In this document: positions 12,840-24,100 of the stretch, one piece after another | How the letters are laid out: every line of letters begins with the position of its first letter | Position numbering within the stretch: position 1 is the stretch's first letter | Source: Azolla caroliniana | Taxonomy: Eukaryota; Plantae; Polypodiophyta | Reading direction: 5' to 3' | NCBI GenBank assembly: GCA_043228905.1 | Contig: JBHGNT010000012.1 | Location: forward strand, 17,174,001 to 17,238,000 | Length of the DNA: 64,000 nt | Notes under the pieces: generated by a model | The model's database searches: none | Seen by the model: only the letters and a program-made list of their open reading frames with translations | What the model was told of the DNA's origin: nothing | Program-made: the position numbers and the translations under genes

Positions 12840-15800
12840 ATGGAGGGCAACATGGTGGTTGAGTGGGCACTTGGCCACAAATGGGTGCTCCTCTTCGGCC
12901 TCCTCGCGCTCCTCGTGTCGGCGGACCCGTTCTCGTTGGGGCCGCTGGGGGAATTCGCGAGCCGGTACAGTCCGATGTCGCACCCGATCGCGCCCTACGA
13001 CTCGGTCATGGGCTCGTGGCCGAGGGACGCGGGGAGCCGCCTCCGGGGGTCGGTGCTCCACTCGAAGGGGTTGATTCACGGGCCGGAGTCGATCGAGTTT
13101 GACCCAAGGGGAGGGGGGCCATACACGGGGCTGGCCGATGGCCGGGTGGTGCGGTGGTCCGAGCCGGCCGGACAATGGGAGCTCTTCGCGGTGCCGTCCT
13201 TCCGGTGGAACACGAGCTGCGTGGCCGCCCGCCCCGATGGCCCCCATGGCCAAGATCAGAAGCAGAAGAAACAGAAGAAGCAGGTGGATATGGAAACCCT
13301 AGCTCGGCAGGAGAAGATGTGCGGGCGCCCGCTAGGGTTGCGCTTCCACCATCGCCGGCCTTCTTCTTCTGCTTCTTCTGCTTCTGCTTCTGCTTCTGCT
13401 TCTGCTTCTGCTTCTGCTTCTTCTGTGGCCATGGCCGGCGGCGATGAGCAGTGGCTCTACTTCACAGACTCTTACTATGGCCTCCTCGCCGTCGGCCCCC
13501 TCGGCGGTGTCGCCCGAGTCCTGTCTTCTGCTGCAGACGCCGACCACATCTTGTTCGCCAACGATCTCGACATCCACAGCAACGGATCCATCTTCTTCAC
13601 CGACAGCAGCGCCCGCCACAACCGCCTGTAAAAACCCTAAACCCTAAATGTTTCATGAATGGCTAAGAAAAAAGAAAAACAGAGACGCAACGGAACCGGA
13701 TGAGCCGAAGAAGACGCTGTTTTAGTTGTGTCCACCACTCTTTCTGACGGATTTTAATCAATCCATCATTAGCGACTTTCTGACGGATTTTAATTAATCC
13801 GTCATTAATGACTGCGCTCGCCTGCTGCGGTGGCTGGCTTAGCCATGGATGGAGTCGTCATTAACGGCTCATTAGCAGATGTGGTAGCGATGGATTAAGG
13901 CGATTAGAGATCGATGGAGGCAGCAAGAGCAGCTGATTAGTATGTAATTATTTAGAGGGATGATTAGGTGATGGATTATCTATCTAGTTAAGAGTGATTA
14001 GTGATGTATTCATGAAGATGTGAATTGAGTGATTGGAGTAAGGTCTAGTTCGAGCGATGACAATTGCAGAGGGTATGGGAAGGCCCAGGTCGATGAGAAT
14101 CGACAGGAAGAATTAGCGAATGGATTAAAAGGCTGAAATTTAGGATTAAGGCGTCATTAAGGTAAGATTAAGGCATGATTAAGGTGCGGAGAAGGCGAGA
14201 TTCCGGGAGGGGTATTTCCGGTAAATAAATGCTGAGGAGGCCCAGAAATGTAAATAACGGGGAAGTACAGAATAAATCACGGACCGAGTTGATGAATTAA
14301 TCTCGAATTAAGAATAATTAGTTGAGTTAATTAGCTAACTAATTAATTAAAATTAAATTTCGGCTCCTTTCTTCATTTGTGCAGGGACCACCAGAGGATC
14401 CTGCTGGAGACCGAGAATACCGGTCGCCTCCTCCGCTACGACCCGGTAGCCGGTCAGACCAGCGTGGTGCTCACCGGCCTGTCCTTCCCCAATGGCCTTC
14501 AGCTCTCACGCGACGAATCGTTTCTGCTCATGACGGAGACCGCCAACTGCCGGTAAACTCAAAAAAATAAAATCAAAGGCGTATCTGTACTATATGATCT
14601 CTTTTTTGAACATACTATGAATACATAAGTCGTAACCGTACATACATGACATACGGATATATGTATTATGCATGTATATATGTATGTATGTATGTATTAT
14701 GCATGTATATATGTATGTATGTATGTATATATATATGTATGTATGTATGTATATAATATGTTATGTGTGCATGCATGTATACATGCATAATGCATATATA
14801 TTATGGTGGTGTGTCGTATGTGAATGGTGTAGGGTGCTTCGGTATTGGTTGGAAGGAGAGAAGAAAGGGAAGGTGGAGGTGTTTGCGAACCTCCCGGGCT
14901 TCCCGGACAACGTGCGCATCAACGAGGACGGTCAGTTTTGGGTCGCCATCGATTGTTGTCGCACCCGTATTCAACAAGTCTTTAGTACGAGGTACACACA
15001 CACATACACATACATACATACATACATACATACATACATACCAACATATGTACACACATACATAAATAAGTACGTATGTACTTATTGTACATAGTGCATT
15101 CTCGTCATAGTGTGCAAGGTACACATGAAATGCATACTCATTTTATTCTCTCTCTCTCTCTCTCTCAAATGCCTCTTTGCAAATAGAGGTCGTGAGTTCA
15201 AGTCCTCTCAAAACAACTTCTTTTCATGGGCCAAAATTTGGCCTTAGAAGACGTTAATCTTTCTTTCTTTCTCTCTCTCCCCTACATATAATTGGGAGAA
15301 CCCAAGGTTGATCCTCACCATGGGCTAGGCTTTGTCTCAAAGATCGCAATTGGCCTCTGCATGAACATTAAAACTATCTCTCTCCCTCTATGTAACTCTT
15401 TTGCATTTCCTCTTGAAATCTTTGACATGGTTGATTTCCCAAGACTTGATCCGGACACACACCCCATACAATGTCACTTGATCCCTCCCAACCTTACATT
15501 GGGGATATGAGAGGAACTTGGGTAATTTGGTAGCCTCTTGAGCCCTTTGACCCAACAAGATGGACAAAGACGCTTTGTAGTTTCCCCCTGACCTTTGACA
15601 TATTCCAAATGTGCACCTATAGGTGCTTGCCTAGCCTTTGATGCTTGCATGGGGCACCCACAATGCACTATCTCGATGAGCTCAAATTGAGGTGAGCACC
15701 TATGGTGTCTTACTTTTAGGAGTGTAGTTGTTCTATGTTTGGATCATGTCAAAGGCACAAGGGTCAAGGTTGGACATTGTAAGTGCCCATCCACAGGTTG

Positions 15801-16439
15801 GAGGTGGGACATTAGACCACGTTTGGCCAAGGTTAAAAAGTATGCATTCAAAAATAAATGAGGATGATTTTTCTGAAGGAATCTTCCTCACTTATGCTTA
15901 TTATTTAACCTCTCATTATATCTCTCATGAAACCATATCATTCATCTACCAATTCCTCCCTCAGCTCACCCATGTATCTCACTCTAATAACTTAAAGCTT
16001 CGTATCCTATCTTTGTCAACAGTCAATCGATAAGAAAATTTGATTTATTTGTAGATGATACATAAAGTGATTTATTTCTAACATAATGCCACTACATTGT
16101 AAGAAATAACTTTATTAGCTATTATGTATTCATATTAAATACCATTTCTATTCTTTAGTTGTGTATTACCAAGTGGATTTGTTGTTTTCTAATAGGCCGT
16201 GGCTTCGAAAGGTCTTCTTCAAATTACCAGTTCCAATTAGTATCCTTTACAAAATTATCGGCATGCGCATGTTCACGATGATCACCTTGTTTGATGAACA
16301 AGGAAATATTGTCGACTCACTCGAGGATACTTATGGAGAGACGGTCAAACTTGTGAGTGAGGTTCAACAAAAGAATGACACCCTTTGGATTGGATCAGTT
16401 CATCACAAACAAATTGCTATCTTTACCTATTCCAAGTAA
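12840..16439 (+). CDS. LAP3: Strictosidine synthase-like protein, LAP3/SSL13-like, ~452 aa, 4 exons
   Basis: Exons 12840-13627, 14385-14552, 14833-14991 and 16196-16439, all phase-2 GT-AG introns. Motifs GPESIEFD, GPYTGLADGRVVRW, CGRPLGLRF, FANDLDIHSNGSIFFTDSS, TGRLLRYDP, FPNGLQLS, LPGFPDNVRINEDGQFWVAIDCCRT, KLVSEV..LWIGSVHH match the LAP3 clade from memory. N-terminal hydrophobic segment present. Confidence 0.9.
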
Positions 16440-18213
16440 AATAGGATTAACTTATGCATCTCTTGATTTCTCCATGCTACCTTGGAGTCTTTTCTTGCTC
16501 TGAGAATCAAATCAAAATTATTAAGACAAGTGAAATTAATATAAATTCTATTGAGTGGATGTTTTTTTGACTTTGTGCATCAGTGTCAAAGTTATTTAAA
16601 CACGCAATACATGTCATCATACGCTAAAATTATGTTTATTGTTTGATGAAAGAGTCAAGGTAGTGATAGATATATTGGGTAAAGTGTGGCTATTTTTCTT
16701 AGTAAAAGCATTATTACAATACTTGTTGTCCTTATTTCTCATTTTATTAACAACATTTCAAAACATATTCCTTTACCGTACACACTTCGGATGGAAGTGT
16801 ATGTCGTTCCTATGTAATTGAATTGATTCAGCCTTATCATTTCTAAGTAGCAATGGAAACTTGGAAGAATAACTTAAATTTCTTTCAATCTTTGTTAAGG
16901 TGAATATCATTTCTATACAATTAGTAACAAGCATTACCATTTCAACTTGTGTGGATAGACTTGATTGAAAATATATTTGCACCATGCTTGAATATAGAAT
17001 CATATAGGTTAATGTCAACATGTGGGTAATATCACAAGAAGATATGGATCATTTGTCAATCAACTTCATTGGAATAATAGTGGATCTTCTCACGTGTGGG
17101 AGACTTGCTTGCCAAGCATATCTATGGTGTCGATGAAGCATGATGTGGCTCTTCAACTGATCGTAACTATACAAGGCTTTGGTATTGATTTGCTATATGA
17201 GGGTCATAAGTTTCGACTTAGATATGATTCAACAACCAAAACCTTCACAATCATGATAATGAGTGATGTCCAACGACAAGGTTCCTAGTATAGTGGGACA
17301 TATCATCCTTCCCTTGTTGGATGAAGATGAACCATATGGCTAGATGTGCTATAATAAAGGAAGATCGTAATAGAGCATTGTTGTTGTTGTTGGCTCTTGA
17401 TGGCCATCAAGTTTGAAACTCATACATGTTGACCTCCATCTTATCACCATGAGTTGGAGTGGAATCCACCAAGACATGAGAGGAAAATGGTAGCCACCAT
17501 GATAAAGTAAAGCTCTTCACTTAGCAAAACTTGAACAACTTGTTATCACCTTGATGATGGATTTGCTCAAAGGAGTTGGATTGTTGGCGTTGAGTAAGAG
17601 GCTTTTCATGTTGCTTTGGGTTAAATAATGTGGAATTGGACAATGAGTGCACACTCCTCCCACTTGACATCATAAGTGCATTGGTGGAATTTCCTTGTGT
17701 ATACTAAGGATGCCAATGCTATAGAATGTATTAACCTTGGTGCTTCATTTATTAGACTCACAAAAGGTGGCCTCAAAAGTAGCAAGAAAATTTGAGTAAT
17801 CCTTACAGAACGATGAGGAAGTCTCAACCAATGGAATAATAGACCACTATTGTGTCAATTCCATTAGAAGGCTACCATTGAGATCCATCTACCTAAAGTA
17901 ATTATGATAATGTTGAAGTTGGAATTTGATGATGAATTAGAACAAGTTAATGCATATCCCTCTTGCTAACCCACATTCTATAGAATTGAACCTAGCTAGG
18001 AGAGCTTCTCCTAGTGAGGTTTGTTCTATATTATGGTTCTCATTTCAAGCAACAAAGCATCATATATTGTTCACGAGAATCTTGAATGGATAAAAGGTCT
18101 ATCTCATTTTCTACGTCTTTAAGTTGTAGGGATATTCGTTGTTTGCCATGTCCTAACATGATAAGATCAATCTTTACAAAGGGGGCATAGTGGTTGAGGT
18201 GGTTGTTGAACCT

Positions 18214-18593
18214 TGTAAAGAATCGGGTATGATTCTTGTGTAGCGGAATAGGTGTGAACTATGTGTGTGTATGAGAGAGAGAGAGAGACAAGGAGTAAGA
18301 CACAAAGTATATGCAAGGTAGATTATATTAACAAAGGAGAAAGACTCAACTTGATACAAGGTGGGAGGAGGGTGCTTTATATAGTCACCCTCTCTCTTCA
18401 TTAACTACAAGACTCATGGAGCTTGGGGAATGTGAAAGCTCATAAGTTATGTGTCATAGAATATGATTCTATGACTCATACTAAATGCTAGAATACAAAG
18501 AGGTGACATAATGGTGACTCTTGACCGTTGGAGTGTCTATTCACTCTCAAGGTGAGTTCACACACTAGACCAAGTTGAGCTTGATTCTCAACA
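18214..18593 (-). mobile_element. Solo LTR (Copia, related to the LTR at 4071-4546) with TSD AACCT
   Basis: TG..CA ends and AACCT on both flanks (18209-18213, 18594-18598). Shares TGTAAAGAAT and TTGAGCTTGATTCTCAACA ends with 4071-4546. Confidence 0.88.
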
Positions 18594-19899
18594 AACCTAA
18601 TTGGTTGACACATTGGCCTTGGTTTAGATTTAATTATGTATGTAGCCAAGGGTTAACCAACCTTTGTATGCTTTGTTTATTTCCATCACTATCTCAGTGA
18701 TCGACAATGTCTCCTTTGTGTCATCCTTATTAGGTTGCATGAGTTGGAATTTGACATTGCATTATGGATGTGTGTCATTTCCTAACATGCTAAGATCAAA
18801 ATTTACATACTTGGTTTTTAGGTCATAGTAGTCAAGGAAATGTTGGGAACTTAGCTCAAGTAGGCTACCCCATAGATCAATACAAAGAAAAAAATCAAAT
18901 CTCAAACTTGAAGAGGACATCAAATACCATGTAATTGTGTTTCACTGTTCAATACTGTGTATGTGCACTCCATGTTGTGGATGTCAATCTTATATAGCAA
19001 AACACAATTCATAGCACATGTACATATTTCTCAATGGTGGTTATTTCATACAAGGATTTACAATGCAATTTGAAAATGCTATCGATCTATAACTTACTTC
19101 TATGTATTTGTTAGCAACCAAATAAGCATATAGACTCCAATGCATGTAGAAAATAAGTAAGCTATATAAAAAAGATGGTGTCATCTTTAAATGCTACTTT
19201 TTTCTCTATGCATTTGGCTTAGCAACCAAAACCCCCCTTGTGGACATATGGATCTGGCTAGCGTTCTCTCCATGCATCTAATCGACATATTAGCATGTAC
19301 ATAAACTGAATTCAACATATGGATTCCAATGCATGCAGAAGATAACTAAGCCATAAAAATCCCATTGGTATCATTGTGAAGATCTAGTTGTTTCTCTATG
19401 CATGGTTTAGTAACCAAAATCCGTTGTGGGCATGTACACAAAGTTAGTATACCTGGAGAAGAATTTAGGAGCGATGTATGCAGCAACGTGGTGAGCAACA
19501 ACATGCAACAAGGCGGATTTGATCATAATTGTGGATTGATTAGAGTGGTTGTGGGGATTGTGCTTTCTCAATATGTGCAAAGAAAAAAAAAATCATGTAA
19601 AAAGCCCTAAGTGTGCACTTTTTCCTTGATATCAATGTGTGCACTTAACAAAATGGTTATTGTATATCTTTGAGGAAGATCCATGATCTTTCATTTCCTT
19701 TCTATTTTGGATGATGTAAATGGTACCAAGAGGCCAATGATAAGTAAGTGGTTGAGATCCATCATTGTCCAGCCATTGAGGAAGGGAATAGTTTAGCTCG
19801 TGGGACCCAAATTTGCATAGGGTGGTAGTTGTTGTTCAAGTTGGGTTATATGTGTGTTGTTACAATTTTTCCATGTTTGGTTTTATCACAAGCGCCGTT

Positions 19900-21125
19900 A
19901 GTTGCGTCATTTTTCTTCTTCTTCCTTGATTCCTTCAATTTGAAAGTAGATTGCACATTTGTTGGGGGGCGAACGTACATTGGTTGGCACAACACAAGTC
20001 TTGTCCCAATAGGAAAACCATGTATAAGACCTTTGGAGGTAAGATGTAAGAGGTAATTGAAATCAATCCCAAGGCCAATTGATCTAGGCATGTGAAAGCT
20101 CCCAAACAACATGACATTATTGGTCATGGCACTCATCCAAGAATGGGAATCATCCAAGGCATTCCCAAGTATCAAATGAGATTAATGTGGATGTGGTTCC
20201 AGTGTCCACCACAATTTAGAAGGTTACCTCTTGTATATGGCATGGAAAATATAGGATAGGGGGTTCAACATTAGTCATGGTTGATATTCCGATAAGGTGT
20301 TTGACCTTGGCATTTAAGTTTATCTTGGGCATCTCGAAGGTCAATTTCGAGTCGTGTTGCATATGCTACAAACTTCTTCAATCATATTTGAATGTCATGT
20401 TATCATAGGATAAGTAAGGCTTCTAATCTTAGAGGTATGTAGAAGTGCTTTAACTTACTTCCATGGACAAACCTTGGGAGGTCAATGTCCTCAAGCATTC
20501 GTAGCATGCATGCTCCCATTGGATAATGGTGGTAGCAATGTATGGTCCTTTCCCTCATAGTTTAAGTTGCTTTTTATGTCTTTGGAAGGCAAATTTTAGG
20601 ACCATGGTCCCCTTTTCCAAATCCTTGTCTTTAACCTTATTGTCGTGCCATGCCTTCTAGTTTTCCTTTTCTTCAAGTAGGGCATGAAATGTTAACACTC
20701 GATTTTCTATTAGGCGCACAAGGTTTTTTAGGCAGGAGGGTAGGAGATCAACGTCCCATCTTTTTTGGACAGAGATACGGAGACTAGGTACAAGGAATTC
20801 AATCAGGATGACAACTTCTTGTATGTACACTAGTTTAAAGGGCGTTTGTTGAGTGGCAACTTTGTAAGAGATTCAAAAAGCCGATAACATTGCATGGAGT
20901 TTGGTGCTCCAATCATATTGAGATGTTACCACAATTTTTGTAAGGACATTACAAAGCATCTTGTTGGAGATTTTTCCTTGCTCATTGCACCTAGGGTAGT
21001 AGGGTGAGCTTTTTCAATGAACGGCCAAGAATTCGATGAGGAGGTGTGCTACGACTTTGTTTAAAATGTGAGATCTTTGGTTGCTTATTAACTGCAAAGG
21101 GCATCCAAACTTCACAATCACATTT
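19900..21125 (-). mobile_element. Degenerate Ty3/Gypsy pol remnant, 3' part (integrase core, GPY motif, downstream retropepsin-like domain)
   Basis: Minus strand reads NVIVKFGCPLQLISNQRSH..SSPYYPRCN, KLKL*GKGPY, FVHGSKLKHF, then IVVDTGTTSTLIS (20198-20206 = DTG) and FLLGQD. Confidence 0.8.
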
Positions 21126-24100
21126 TGTTGAGAGACAAGCTCAACATCGGTCGGATCAGCTGAAGAAGCCGAGGACCGGATCGGTTAGGCTGAGTGCGTA
21201 AACCGGGAGGCCGTTAGGAAAGATATTCCGTGAGGAATATATTTGGGAGTTAGTGTAGGAGCTCTTAAAGAGCATTGAAGTACGGTCAGTACTTCGAGGA
21301 CTTGTATAAAAGTGTTCATGGAACACACATATGTATAGAGTAGTAAATCGAGATCTTTTGTTGAATATAGTTCTTGTGTTGTCTCTCTCTCACTCTCTCT
21401 ATCTCTCTCGCGTATACTGCGTAAGCTCAAGCTCTCCATTAAACCTGAGTTTTCTTCCTTCTGTTCGGTCTTCATACTTGCTTCTGCACATTACTTTTTA
21501 CATGGTATCAGAGCGCGAGGGTTGAGAACCTCTCTGTAGCCGACACAGCTTGACGAAGAAGAACAAGAAGAACGATGGATAGAGGCATGGCGAGCTCGCT
21601 TCCAACAGAGAAGCTCGACAGAACCAACTACGCGTCTTGGTCCTACAAGATGCACCAGTACCTGCTCGGGCACGGCTACTGGAGTTATGTCGAAGGAGCT
21701 AATGATGCGGCACCCGAATCGACACACAGAGACTTCCCGTCGTGGGAGCAATTGGCGAGCAGGGTATTATACTGCTTCGCGTCGTGTGTGGGCGAACAAC
21801 TATTGAGCTATGTTCGGGATGCAAAGACGCCGAAGGGTGCGTGGGAAAATCTGAAGAAGATCTTCGCCGCGAGCACCATAGCCAAGAAGCTTCAGCTCCG
21901 ATAGGAGTTGAGCAACCTACGACAACGCGACTTGTCGGTGGTGAACTATACCTCGAAGATCAAGGATATCTGCGACTCCCTCGCCTCCATAGAGATGAAC
22001 ATCGAGGAGAGCGAGATGGTCCAGATCTATCTCGGAGGTTTGGCGTCGAAGTTCGGAGCGTTCCGGACGGCTGTGTGTACCCGGGAGAATACGCCGTCCT
22101 TTTTAGACTTACAGTCAATGCTCCTGGTAGAGGAGAACCACGCGGGTGCGTCTACAAGCACGCACACCGACGGCAAAATGCTGTACACGGAGGGAGATAG
22201 GACCCGTGGACGTGGAGGACGAGGCGAGTCGGCGCGCAATGGAGGCGGCCGACGAGATCAAGGAAGAAGGCACCGAAATGATGCCGACAGCAACTCCGGA
22301 CCCTCCGGAAACAAGGGGAGTCGAAGCGATGAGAACCGGCAAGGGAAGGCCATCGCGGAGTGCTGGTATTGTGGCAAGAAAGGCCACAGGGAAAGTGAGT
22401 GCTGGAAGAAGCGCGCCGATTCGGAGAGAACCGGTTCTAGAAACGGCTCCGGACATACCGACAAGGGAAATCGGCAGCGATCACACTACGCCGAAGACTC
22501 CGGGAGAGCCAGAGAAGGGTCTGCCTTCGTGATGAGACACGAAACAAAGTTAATGAAACGGATCACCCCGAGATCGGACGAGGTGTGATACGTAGACTCC
22601 GGCGCGTCAAACCACATGACGAGCCATAAGGAGTGGTTCTCGTACCTTGAAAAACCGATACAACCTGGAGTAGTTGCAACTGGAGACGACACTCCACATC
22701 CGATCGCGAATGTCGGAGAAGTTCCCCTTAGCCATGTCGGGCAGAAAGGGAAACTCATGAACGTGCTGCACGTTCCGACAATCACGAAGAACTTGGTCTC
22801 GATCGGACAGATCGTCGACCAAGAGATGGAGGTTCAGTTTACACACCTCGGGTGCTTCATTGAGGAAGAAGGCCGTGTGATTGCGCAAGGGCGCAAAGAC
22901 GGGAGGATGTTCACCCTCGACTCCACTGACGGCGGCACCGCAATGTTCGCAAAGGGAAGAAAAACCAAGTCGAACATCGACTTGTGGCACAAGCGGATAG
23001 GCCACATCAACTACCAACGGCTTCAAGATCTGCAATCGAAACAGGTAGTGTTCGGATTGCCCAAATTTAGTGGCCGAAAGGCACAAATTTGTGAAGCCTG
23101 CCAGCTCGGGAAGCAACACCGACTTCCTTTCCCCAACGAGCAAAACCGGAGCCGGAATAAGCTCAACCTTATACACTCCGATGTATGGGGGCCGTCACAA
23201 AACGTTAGTCTTGGTGGGAGCCGATATTTCGTCTCCTTCATCGACGACCACACGTGGCACACGTGGATCTACCTCATTGAGAGGAAGAGCGAAGTCTTCG
23301 ATTGTTTCCGGGACCTCAAAGGGTTCGTGGAAACGGAAACGGGACGAAAGATCAAGTGCCTGCGGTCGGATGGCGGGAAAGAGTACTTTTCTGGTCAATT
23401 CAATGGTTATCTACAACAAATGGGAATTCGGCGCGAATTCAGTTGTAGATACACGCCAAAGCAGAACGGCGTGCCCGAGAGGAAGAATCGGTCAGTTGTG
23501 GAAGCGGCACATGCAATGTTGGAGGAGAAGAGCTTGCCCAAGTTCTACTGGGCCGAGGCGGTAAGACCGCGGTATACATCCAGAACCGGATCAGAGACAA
23601 AGTGTCGGCACACGAGCTGTATTTCGAAACAAAGCCGAACTTGCGACACTTGAGGGTGTTCGGTAGCATTGCGTATGTGCATGTACCGAAGAAGAAAAGG
23701 AGGAAGCTGGACGCAAAGGCCGACAAATGCATCTTGGTCGGTTACTCGGACGAGCAGAAGGGTTATAAGTGCTATAACCCTCACACCAAACAAGCGCGTG
23801 TTAGCCGCGACGTTGTGTTTGACGAGTCTGCGTCCTGGTACCAGCCCCCGACTCCGAACCCCAACTCCAATCCGAGCTCTAACGATGAGGTCAGCGAGGC
23901 CGAGATGCCTCCGGATGAGCCCGAAATCGAGACCCGCGAAGAGAGTCTGATTTCACTCCGTTTAAGTGGACCGATTGGACGACTGAGTCGGTACGACTAG
24001 TCTGATGAAGAGCCGGCGAGTAGTGGAGACTCGGCCGTGCATTCCTCGCACAGGAAGCCGAGGAGATGGCTTACGTGCAAAGAGAAAGGGAAGAAGAAGG

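Noticed and set aside
15180-15215. B-box-like GAGGTCGTGAGTTCAAGTCC in LAP3-like intron 3
   Set aside because: Possible SINE remnant, but no A-box, tail or TSD could be identified.
16700-19600. Possible long 3' region or extra ORFs of the Gypsy remnant
   Set aside because: Only short broken ORFs and weak repeats; boundaries and domains cannot be supported by eye.
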